Positions 43,283 through 54,987 of a stretch of DNA of 64,000 nucleotides are shown here, one piece after another (within the stretch, counting starts at the first letter, position 1; the number at the start of each line of letters is the position of its first letter). The stretch lies in NCBI GenBank assembly GCA_009602735.1, contig WELA01000963.1, positions 186,025-250,024 of the forward strand, read 5' to 3'. The stretch comes from Mesotaenium endlicherianum. Its lineage: Eukaryota. The notes below the pieces were generated by a model that ran no database searches, was not told where the DNA came from, and saw only the letters and a program-made list of their open reading frames with translations. The translations under genes were made by a program, and so were the position numbers.

Positions 43283-46200
43283 ATGAACATTCCGCACGTT
43301 TTGAGCTTGGTTTTGGTGATCTCCGCCTTCACATTGGCTGCTGTCCGTGCGGAGGATTTCCATGTTCCTGCGAAACAGGTATACTATATATTCCCGTGTG
43401 AGTCATGGGTCCAGCTGTGTGCATCCACTCCACCTAGATCACTAACAGTGGGAGCATGTCCGCTTGTATACGAGCAACGTGCAGGCTTTGTATAAGCTTC
43501 ATTTGGCTGAAGTATATGTGAAGAATTGGGGACAATGTGGGGAATAATTATTGGGGTGGCGATTGTGGTCACTGCTGGATATGCTGACAGTCGACGAATT
43601 TCTTTCCGTCAGGAATTTCCTTTGTAGATATGCTCAACCGCACGCTTCTTAACCTCTGAATGCAGGAAGGAGGTACAAGAAGGCTTTTGGAAGCTGAAGG
43701 GGCTGAAGGAAAGTTAGTAGAGCACGTTACTCAAGGCAAGGTATGTTGTACTGTCTATACATATGCTGAGTGTTTAGTCTTTCAGTGCCGCAATCGCTGT
43801 CTTGCGGGGTGGACAACATCGATGTCCTTTGACCACGCGCTCCTCCATCTGACGCATGTCAGCTTGAAGCCCAAAAATTTCAGCAGCCAATTCTTTGCAT
43901 AATGAGCAACTTGAGGATTGAAGCTTCTCTCAAAAGCATAGGTGTGGTTACCGTTCCTTGTTGTACATGCTTGTCATGACGACCTGCTGTGGCTCGTACC
44001 ATGAAAATATGTGCAGCTTCTAACAGATCCAAAATCAACGGGGGCTCAGTCTGGAGATGAGAAGGGGACGATAATGGAGAAAGCCAAGAGCTTAGTGGTG
44101 GTGCCTCATGGAGGTTTTGCTGATGCTTTTGTGGCAAGTCTGTCAATGATCCTCGTCAGTGAGGTACCTTGCTACTCCTACTCTTCTTTCAAATCAGTGG
44201 GAGCTTTGTCTGTTTACAGGCAATCAAACAATGTTGTTCTTCACTTTGCATGCAGACGAGCAAGGGACATGATAAGAGACCGCCACGATGGAGCGTGTCT
44301 CGTCTGGACCCCTTAGACTGCCAGTTGAACCCCAAATTGAGTTGATTACTGCGTGTCCATTGTCTGGATTTGTTAGAGTGCATCATGTATCAGAAGCTTA
44401 TTGTTAAGTGAAAAGTATTGATCTAATTGTGCAGATTGGAGATGAGACTTTCATCATTGCAGCATTGATGGCTATGCGGCACCCCCGAAGCATAGTGCTG
44501 GCGGGAGCTCTTGCAGCTTTGGGCGTCATGACGGTATGGGCATCTCGTGCCACTCTTAGCCTTTTTCTTGATAGGATGTGCATTGCTCCCTCCATTACCT
44601 TCTCTCGCGCTGGGCTGCAGACTGTCTCTTTGTAGCTGTCCTTATTCGATGGGAATGGGCAGCTTTGGGTTTGAGTGGCCAAGGATGACATGTAATTTCA
44701 ACGTAAGTGGCCAATCATCTGGCTGTTTGGATGAGCAGGTTCTATCCACAGGCCTAGGCCTTATTGTTCCTAACCTGATATCCCGCAAAGCCACACAAAG
44801 TGCTGCAACAAGTAAGCTCATATGCGTGCTGCTGCTTACCTTTGCTTCAAATGCTTTTCTGTCTTTTACTGTTAATAGGCATGTCTAAGGAGATGAGGAT
44901 GAAGCAATCTAACCTGCTGCCGAGGAGGAGCAGTTAGCTGTCCACATCTTTTCTGTTTGCAGCAGGGTAACACCAGCAGAGGCACCATAGGAGAAGCTTT
45001 TTATTTACAGCCTTCGGCTGAACAGTTGCTGACAGCCTGCTACCTGCTGACAGATAATATGTGACTGCTTCTTTTCTTTCAGTTTTATACACTTTCTTTG
45101 GATTGCGGCTGCTGTACATTGCTTGGAAGGCAGATCCAAATGACACCCCACAGAAGGAGCTTGAAGAGGTACATTCTTTCATTTGCCACTTAATACGGTG
45201 CTGGACATGTTGGCCATGTTGTGCAACTCATAGGACTGCTGTAGCTCTTGCTTACTCTTAGGAGGTTGGAGATATTGTTCATGAGGCCGAAGGTGAAATC
45301 AACACCGCTTTGTTTGTTCTCAAGGCCCAGCTTGACAGTGAAGCGGAAGCTAGGGACTGGCCTTACGATTAGGCCTGACAGTAGCACGTGACAGAGGGTC
45401 AGCACTAACCTGCTGTGGAAACGCACGGAAGCGAGATCTGCAAGCGACGGGCCTGCAAGCATGGCTCGCGACCTGCGTGTGTTGCAGTCACGTATCACGA
45501 GAGGAGGGCTGCCTTCACGTTAAGAAGCCTTCCACACCTGCATAATTATGTGCTCGGAAGTTCCCCTTCTGCGTGGTGTTTCCAAGTGGTTTATATGTCA
45601 ACCCGGCAGCATGGGCAATCATTCTCACGACTTTGGTTTGAAGTGGCGGCCGGTGTTTGGTGGCAGGTGGAGGAGAAGCTGGAGGGAGAGGGCAGCACTG
45701 GAAAGGGACGCAGCAGGTGGAAGCGTTTCTTCTCTCGCTTTCTAACTCCCATCTTCCTGGAGGTATGTCTCCACCCTAGCTGGCTGTTGCCTTCTGGCGC
45801 CAGACACACTCTGAAAGTGGGCTCTGAGGAGTCACATTGGCCACTGTTTATGTCTTAGTGGTTGGGATTGGTGCAAAGGCCAGTGCTGAAACTGTGTGGA
45901 TCTGTGCAAAATGTGTTCCTCATGCTCCTGATATTCGTCATGCAACTGTGCACTGTGGGGAAGCAGACTGACATTCTCGTGCTGTTGCTGCTTTTGCTTC
46001 TGCTTCTGCTTCCACTCAAGGGGTATGGTGCATGGAAGACTTGTGGCCAATTCCTGCTCAATCGCTCCTTGTCTGTTGTTGAGTGTATGCGCCACCTCCG
46101 TCTGGAACGCAGTTGTTCTTGAGCTTGCAATCGTCATGTTCTCACTGAGTGGAACATGGGTGCAGGCATTCATATTGACGTTCTTGGCAGAGTGGGGCGA

Positions 46201-46697
46201 CCGCAGTCAGATCGCCACTATCGCGGTACGATCTTCTGTCAGCCAGTTCCATCATCTCTAACTCACCCTTTCCAGTATTGACTTACCAAACTCTTGCTTA
46301 AATCGTGTGCTTTTTCCCTGCCTCTCTGCACACGTCCATGACATGCCATGGATATTGATCGCGCAAGGTTTGCACAAATGCTGCCCGCTGCGTCTTGTCT
46401 GCTCGTAATTTCAGCGTGAATCAATGCTTGGTGGGACACTGATGAGGAAGCTGGTAGCACGCAGCTGCAAAGATGCACCTGAGACGTGTGTTGTGGTGTT
46501 GTTTGCAGCTCGCTGCCCACAAGAATCCCATCGGGGTAACAATCGGAGCCACGTTGGGGCATACGATATGCACCTCTTTTGCTGTTGTCGGTGGACGCTT
46601 ACTAGCTCTTAGAATCTCCCAACGTACGGTAGCAACTGTTGGAGGCATTTTGTTCCTCTTATTTGCTGTACACGCTTACTTTGTAGCTCCGTGGTAG
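43283..46697 (+). CDS. GDT1/TMEM165 (UPF0016) Ca2+/Mn2+ transporter, secretory-pathway type (PML3/BICAT3-like)
   Basis: Exons about 43283-43378, 43666-43740, 44017-44163, 44435-44533, 44739-44811, 45083-45168, 45668-45762, 46166-46225, 46509-46697. Signal peptide, plus both family motifs EIGDETF and LAEWGDRSQ. Confidence 0.94.
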
Positions 46698-48383
46698 CCT
46701 TCATCATCCACTTGGCTCTAGCAGAAGCTGTTTCAACTTAGTTTCAAGTGTCATCTCCTGGTACTATGTACCCTACCTAACTTAACCTAAGTTCATTGAG
46801 GAGCCTATTAGCGTACTTAAGGTTCCAATGTTATGCACTTCACTTGGGCGCTCGATATTGTGGTGGAGCATGTACCTGCATGTCTGGTAATTGGTTGATG
46901 GCGAATGGTCACTCAAGTAGAAGGCCAGGAACTCCGACTGTCTGATGCTTACTCTGTACAGTTTGCGCGCATGTGGGTCATTTGGAAAACTTGTACTCTT
47001 GCTGATCAGGAAGAACAGCCTTCTAGCTGCTCGTGCATAAGTTGCACCTGGGACCAATTGTGCATGCACTCTATGTGGACTTAGAACAAAAAGCCAGTCA
47101 AGGAGTGTGTCTGGGTGGAGTCAAGCCATAGGGGTCTTCCCAGAGAAAATGTTTTTTTCACTCTGTTTCCTGCAGAATAGGCGAAGCGCGCGCTACGTGG
47201 CATGTATACTCCGTTGATCTCACTCAGTTGATCGAACTGGAAAGCGTGGATCTAGTTAAGAGATGAGCAATATAGTTAGACAACTTCTTTGGGCCGTCAA
47301 ATGGTTGAGCATGAGCAATGCAGCACGTAGAGGTCATGTTTGTCTACACCTTAACTTAATAAATTAAATTACATGTCGAGAATCGCTTCATGGCATACCC
47401 TTCTGATAAACAGTGAATAGGACATGATGGGCGGTACCTGCCAAAGGACAACGCAAGCTGATCGAAGCCATATACCAACTTCACGCTCCGTTGCTTCATT
47501 ACATGAAGTTGCTTAGTAGAATATGTCTTCAATGCATTTGACTGCATTGCGTAGAATTGAAGACTGTAGCCACAACATTGGCCAAGACGCACCAGGAATT
47601 AATATACCAACATGCCGCTTACGCAAAGCATCACGCAATGATTGACGACAAGCTTTAGCTCCAAAGAATACCCACTTGGAAAATATGTGGAACAGTTTTG
47701 CTTTTCATCAGCTCACTTGGGTGGGGCATTACATAGCGTCTTCGCTATATCGTGTAGCATAGCATAAACCAAATTTTGTTCTCTGAACTACCGCAACTAC
47801 GGCTATCTGAATATTCATAGATTAGCTGAGGCACCTACCAGACCCCGTATACATGCTAAGTCTCCGAGTCACTGACTAAGTGGACAGCTAGAAGAAAGAA
47901 CAACTTGATTGTTGCAACACTTAATGCAGACGTTTAATTTGGGTAACGGGAGACATACAGGTCCCGCTCTGTCTGGCGTTGAATACTCTTTGGAGCAGTC
48001 AAACCATAACACAACAGTCGCTCCCTGTCCCTGTGCTCCCGTCGCAGATAAGTGACTCCTCCACACTTTGCACTTCGCACTTCGCTATTCGCGTATTGAT
48101 GCTGGACCAGGAGAGAAAAAGACACCAAGCAACATTCTCTACAACACGTGCCAATTCACGCACCAGCCAGTGCACCCACCGCGTGCTCTGCACAAGCAAG
48201 CAAGCATCAGGCCTTGTGCATCATCGAGCACGTCTGCCCCCAACGCCTGCAAGCTACACCTGCAGCAGCAGCACCGCTGGCCGTCAGTGCCAGCCCGCAC
48301 AGCCTCCCAGCGGCAGTAGCAGAACAGCCGGCGGTCAGTGCCTACCCGCAAACCCTAAGCAGCAGCAGCAGCACCGCCGCCGG

Positions 48384-51300
48384 TCAGTGCTGGACAGCGG
48401 CCACGCCCCAGCGGCCGCTGCGTGCCAGCAGGTACTCGGCCCACGGCTGCTCCTGCACCATGGCGCTCAGCTCCGACTCCTTCTCGCTGTTGGACACGCG
48501 CAGGCCCTCCTGCTGGTCCACCCACACGACCACCACGTCCTGCTGGCGCGGGTACTCCGCCTCCTTGGGGAACGCCTCGTACGCAATCTTGTCGGCCGAC
48601 AGGCGCAGGCTGTCCAGTGTGGCGTGCGTGAACGCGCACCCGCCCGACTCGTACAGCACCGCCACCAGCCTGGCCTTGGGCGACGTCTTGAGCACTGCGC
48701 TCTCGTCCACAAGACGACAACAAATAGGCAGACTGCAGCCCGTCAGCCATGCCCGCTTCTTCGACGTGCTGAGCTGCTGCGTGCACCTCGCGCACCTTGT
48801 GCCCCCAGCTGGCCAGCCTGCCCCCTACAGTAGACCCGAGCATCTGAGAGCCAGAATAACCGGGCACGCTAAACACGATGCCCTCAAGCTTTGCCCGGCC
48901 CAGCCGCCGTCCTCACACCGAGTACAGCTACCTTCAGACAACTGAAGCTGAAGCAAGCTCACAGGTGGAGGCTGGATAACGCAAGCAGTGGAGTTTCACG
49001 TGCACGCATGCTCGTCTCTAACTTCCACATCGTGCTGAAGTGCCAGACCGCCCTTCCTGAAGGCACGCCTGCAGAGTCCGCTGATTCACGACCACGGCAC
49101 CACTTTCCGTGTCTCTGCAGATAAGATGCTCGGCAGCCCGCACAGAGAGCAACTAGGGCACTGCCACAAGAGGCATGAAGCAAGAAGGGAGACAGGGAGG
49201 GAGGGAGGGAGGGAGGGAGGGAGGGCTTAACAGACACCTTGATGGGCACGATTGCAAGCAGCTAGGATGGAGACAGAAGAAGAAAGGGAGGGACCCCAAG
49301 ACACCAAGTGCAAGAAGCCACGAGAGGCGCGTAACGACTAACCTCACCTCGCTGGGCATGACGACGAGGCCAGCGGGAGGGCGGGAGGGCCCTTACCCTG
49401 CCGCGCACGATCTCGAGCAGCAAAGATTGGCGCACGGGCAAAGAGGGAGGTGCAGCGGGAAGGGGCAAGAAGGGGCGATAAGGGGGCGAGGAGGGGGACG
49501 AGAGAAGGGCGGGCGGCTGACCTTGTTGGGCATGATCATGAGCGCGTCGCCGCGGTGCACGGTGCCCGACTCGATCTTGCCCATCACCACCGTCCCCATG
49601 TCGCGGTACTTGTCGATCAGGGGCATCCTGCGGGGCCCACAAGACGNAGGGAGGGAGGGAGGGAGGGGGGGAGGGAGCATGCGCACTCACCGACGTCAAG
49701 GGCTCTGTCAAAGTGGGTGTGGTAGTCCCCGCCATCCCCGAAGAGGGAGAAGCGGCGGGAGCTGCTGACGGGCACGGGCACTAGCAGGAACGCCGTGTGG
49801 ATGTTACCTGCCCCACCCGCCAGCCCGCCCGCCACGCACCCCACCCGCCTCAGTGGCCCATCACTGCCCTCCGCAGCCTCAATCAGTGCAAAGCTCTCAG
49901 AGGGCGGCTCCATGCTTTGCAGTCCAACAACAAAACTTCTCTCTCCCAGCACGCGCTTGTCAGTCAAGCCGCCTCCCGGCTGACCCCAAAAATGCTCAAG
50001 CACGAGGCAACGCAACGAGGCCAACTGCACAAGCACGGCAGGGAACAGCTGGCAAGTCATAGTGGAGTCTGGCCGCCAAAGGAGGTGAGAGAGAGAGAGA
50101 AGGGGGGAGAGCGAGCGTGGTACCGTCAGGAGATGGCGTGGTGAGGATGGGGGCCACGCCGATGCCGCCGCGCTTCTCGTAGAAATGCGCCAGCTGGTCG
50201 CGGGCGGCCGCGCTGGAGAGCAGCCTGGGCCTCAGGGGCGGCGCTGCGATGGCCCACGCGGCTGCGCTGCCGCCGCCCAGCAGGCCCCCTCTGCCCTCTG
50301 CACCCCTCCACTCCACCCCCCCACCCCGCAGCAGCAGCAGCAGCCCTTGAAGGTTAGGCGAGCAGGTATTTCGGCTCTTCCCAAGGGGCACACACACACA
50401 CGCACGCACACAGCCGTGCGTGCTTCTTTCTCTCTCGTGAGAATGGGGGCCAGCTGGCATGGCTGGTGCGCGCACCTCCGAAGAGGAGGAACGTGATGGC
50501 GGCGACGGCGGCCGCCAGGAGCAGCAGGAGCGCGAGCACGAGCAGCTGCAGCGAGCGCACGGTGCGCTCCAGCGACCCGATGGTGCCGTCCGCCAGCACC
50601 GCCTTCAGCCGCGCCTCCAGCTGCGCTTTCGCCGGCCTGCCACCCTCCCCGGGGGAGTGGAAGTGTCACCATCAGAGGAACAAGGGGCAACAACTCCGGA
50701 TACGACCCTTCACAGGCGCCGACGTGGCAAACCTCCTGTAATTAGCCCCGCCCCAAAGAGAAGGGCGCGCAGCGTGCGCATGCGGCGGCGGCAGCGGGAC
50801 CAGCAATGGCAGCAGCTCTGAGCCCTTGGCTCACTCGTCAAGCAGCAGTGTCACCCTCTCTGTCACCAACAAATCTCTTCCATCTCTCCCCCCCCCCCCC
50901 CNNNNNNNNNNNNNNNNNNNNNNNNNNNNNNNNNNNNNNNNNNNNNNNNNNNNNNNNNNNNNNNNNNNNNNNNNNNNNNNNNNNNNNNNNNNNNNNNNNN
51001 NNNNNNNNNNNNNNNNNNNNNNNNNNNNNNNNNNNNNNNNNNNNNNNCCCCCCCCCAAAAAGAAGAACCACCCCCTTTATCTTTCTTGCTCACACTCTGA
51101 GAACTTCCCCACACTGCAACAGGCACAAGAGGCCATGAAGGTGGCATCTGCAAGCAGCCCACAAGACGGCCACGTGCGTGCACACTGTACCTGCAATCCG
51201 CCACCTGTCCCAGGATGCGGGCCTTGTCCTTGCGCCACTGCTCCTCGGCCTCCAGGTGGCGCACGCTGTCAGCCTCCAGCTGGGCAAAGCGACCCGTGTC

Positions 51301-51554
51301 GTACACGGTGGCGCGCTTGTGGCACGCCGTCAGGTTGGCCTGAAGCTCCTTGCGCGACAGCTCGCAGTTCGCCAGCGTGGCGCCCGCCTCCAGCTCGCAG
51401 GCCACGCGCTCCTTCCTCGACAGCTGCTCTCAGCAGCCCACACGCCCCCTCGCCAGTCTCAAGCACTGCTCCACTTGTCTCACAAACTCCGACGCCTCCA
51501 GGAGAAAGGGAGAGAGAGAGAGAGAGCGGGAGAGAGTGAAGGGAGGAGAGGGAG

Positions 51555-51591
<37 letters not shown>

Positions 51592-54002
51592 AAGAGAAAA
51601 GCCTCGCCCCAGCAGCAGCGTTAGCATCACAACCCCCGCTCCCTCCACCAGGGCAGCATGCAGGCAGGTGTGGCCGGGAGGAGGAAGGAGCAAGCAGCCC
51701 AGCCCCCCGGGGCCCCCCGGCCCTCTCCCCCTGCTGCTGGCGAGAGCGTGAGCAGCGGACCTTGGTCTCACACGACTTGAGGGCGCTGCGGAGCTCCTCG
51801 GCGCTGGCCTCGTAGTCCGCCTCCAGGTTGCTCAGCTGCAGCGCAAAGGTGCCGTTTAGCGTCTCCTCCCGCCTCTGGCACTCGATGGTCATCTCCTGCG
51901 CATTCGTCCCAGCCGCCCACCCGCCCGCCAGACAGACGGTCGGTCAGTCGGTAGGTCACAACCTGGGCAACCGCCTCCTCCTCCTCCTCCACCACCACCC
52001 GGGGGGTGCCACCTGCTGCTCTGCTCTGCTCTGCTCCGGTACAGTACCGCGACAAGCAGAGGAGGCACCGCATGCTGTAGCAGTGATGGTCGCGGAGGTG
52101 GCGGCGGTGCCAGGTGTACCTGCTTCTGGGCGGCGCTGTCCTCCTGGCTCTGGCGCCAGTCGGCAAAGCGCGCGTCGCGCTCCGCGCGCAGCTTCTCAAA
52201 CTCGGCCGCCTTGGCCTCCGCGTCCGCCATGGAGTCCGTGTACGTGTCGCCGCACCAGCTGCTCAGCAAGGCGCGCACGTCCAACCAGCCCAGCGGCCCC
52301 TCAGATCCCGCAACCACCCTGACATCATCGCATGCCAGTTGCCCTGCCAGCACTGTGACACCTCACATTCCCTCAGCCACCCAACCTCATCTCACCTCAC
52401 CTCTCCGGCTCCTCCTCTGCACCACATGGCAGACAGGTGTGCCCAGTGCAGCCCAAGGGGGATTGGAAGCAGCCACGCCCAGTGCCTGCTGGGATGTAGC
52501 ACCGTCACCTCCCCCAGCACAAGCTGCGGGGGTCTGGGCCCATCGCTGGCTGTCAAGACAGCTGTCGGTTCCAAACAACAGCCGATGTTTACAAGATGGG
52601 CTACCTCGGGAGCCCCCCTGTGCTGAAAGGGGGCAGCTCTTTTGGCTCTACAACACGTACATTCGAGGAAGAGTCCGACAAAGAGCCCCACCCAAACCTG
52701 GACCCAATCCTGGCCCGCTGCTGCCCAGCTGGCACCGCAACACTTTCCCAGTCTCTTCGGGTTCCGTTTGAAGAAATTTTGGAGACCGTGACTCGCTTTT
52801 CCTTTTCGAAGAAAATGAAAAGGCGACGTGAGCACGACATGAAGTAGTGTAAAAGTCTCAAGTACAAAGAGTGCAACCCGAATGCGCGGCACCGTCTCCC
52901 TCCTGCTCTCACGTGCGCACACAGCTCTTGCTCTTTCCGAGCACGCGCCTTTCAGGATGACTACCGCCGGAAAGGGTAGCAGGGTCCAGGCAGTGCACCT
53001 GGCGAGAAGGTTGCGGATTTCGAGAGCCTCGTTGTCTTCTGCCCCCGGGGGCCCCACCCACTTGCGCCTGTCTGCAATTGTTCACGATGCAAAAGAGGAG
53101 GCGCAGCAGCCACCACGCATGAGAACCACTACTCGAGCTCAGCAGCTGCCACCGTGCAAGGGGGGCCCTTGCGTAATGAGCCCACGCCCGCGGACAAACA
53201 CAAGCCTGGCGAAGCATGAACGGCCACGTCTCCCGCCAGCGGAGCACAGCATTGCGGCCTTCCATGCACTGCATTTGGCTGCAGGCGTCTTCAGCTTGGC
53301 CGACTTGGAGAGGCGAGAGAAAGGCAGCATGCGAGTTCCAAAGCACTCCACTCTTGCAGTTGTGCTCGCCTACTGCTTGCCGGAGCTTTACAGGTGCACA
53401 TGCCCCACGGTACAGAAACAGTACCGTGCCTGTCACCGTGCTCACGTCCAGCCTAACATGGTGCTAAGTGCTTTCCATGTTACTAACACGGTACCGCTTC
53501 AAGGACCTGAAACGCGAACCATAATGTAGTAGGTTCCACCCATGTCAGAAGAAAAGGTGAGCTCAATGTACACCACGTAAGCACACCCTAATGTTTTGTG
53601 GATGTTAAGTTGGAGGAGCGTTACAAGGAAGACCTCTATTCGCTTTATGCTTTCCTGCCCATATGATATAAGAGACCTTAAAAGCCAGAGCTTGGGTTCA
53701 TATACCGCCCTTTGACACTATTATTCTCTCAAGGTTACATTGGAACACCTTCTCTACTGACGACAAGTGCCGTTCATGAGTTCAGTGGCAGGCCTATGTG
53801 GCTTATCGTTTATACCTGAAAGAAAAGACGTCATATCTTCCATGAGCTTCGACTGAGCAGCATCCTCATCCAAGCCATCTTCTAGCACTCCCTCAGCACT
53901 AGCTACTGGAGGGTCAGCGGTGTGAACTCCAGGTAAGCTAGTTAAGCAGCTCACAGCAAGGAGGAGCACAAGTGTGACCAAGGAAGGCAAAACTCCGTTC
54001 AT
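48384..54002 (-). CDS. Uncharacterised single-pass (type I) membrane protein: signal peptide, Cys-containing coiled coil, TM helix, C-terminal domain
   Basis: Phase-consistent exons 53816-54002, 53228-53303, 52999-53067, 52120-52258, 51761-51895, 51191-51423, 50476-50636, ~50124-50288, 49691-49807, then an unresolved stretch and a last exon ~48384-48693. High GC3 codon usage. TM segment LQLLVLALLLLLAAAVAAITFLLFG. No family recognised. Confidence 0.65.
49522..49627 (-). other. Isolated exon of eukaryotic release factor 3 (eRF3/SUP35/GSPT, domain II)
   Basis: cag|G ATG CCC CTG...CCC AAC AAG|gtcag encodes (R)MPLIDKYRDMGTVVMGKIESGTVHRGDALMIMPNK, close to plant eRF3 RMPIIDKFKDMGTVVMGKVESG. No other eRF3 exon seen in the window. 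Lies 20 nt from a single N at 49647. Confidence 0.8.
51508..51590. repeat. (GA)n microsatellite cluster
   Basis: Directly visible. Confidence 0.9.
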
Positions 54003-54987
54003 TGTAGCGAAGAAGGTACGTTGACAGAGGGGAATATTGCGAATTTATGGGATATAGTTCTCCTACATCAGAAATCAGTGAAGAATGAAGCCCTTTCAGT
54101 AGAGGAACCTAACGGAGTAACTCTACAATAAGAATAAGGCATGCGAGACGCTTCTCCGGAACTGAAGAAAGACCACGAGAGCAGGCGCAAATTGTTAGGC
54201 TACAAGCACGTAGCTTTATCACGGAGCAACCAACAGTCCCCAACAATTAATGCCAATTGTTGCCAATAGGTTCTTACGCCCTTCGTTTGATTAACGCAGG
54301 TAGAAGTGTAGTTTCCTGATCGATCTGCGACAATTTTTAGCACCGGTAAGAAACGTACTTCTCTGTAAACCTTCGTACCTACTGCAGCACCGTCGCAATC
54401 TTGCGTGCTGGAGCCTGTCAGAACCGAATCGAATTGCTGGATTGAAGCAGATTGAAGGCCGAAGCTGGCTGAAGTGAGCTGAGCCGCTGAAGTCATCAAT
54501 CAAGTGCAATTTCCGGCCAGTTTGTCTGCCCAGGACAACTCTTTTTCTTTTAAATAACAAAATATGACCCCGACCAAGGACAACTTAGGCTGGTTACTTG
54601 GAGATTACTTGTATATTGTCTCAAAGCTTGATCTGATATTCTCGTTTCGAGCTATATTTTTAGTCAAAAAATTGGCAAGGGTAGCTGTAAAATCTGAATC
54701 AAATTGGTGATCACTTGCTTTTTGACGCTCATGACGAGGGAATGTGGGCGTCCAAAAAAGGGACGACGACGACTAGATACGACACTTTTGGGTCTTTTCC
54801 AAACCTGTCGCTAACAAGAGAGAAGAATGTTGATAGGTTCCTCCTGGGCCCTGGCCATGCACTCCTAGCACTCCGTCGGTCGCACATGTTCCACCTGGTT
54901 CCCTCTTGAAATCTGGGCTTCATTGACTTGTTAATTGATCAGTTACCTGAAGAAGAACTAAGCAGAATCAGAGTGTATTGAAAACAG

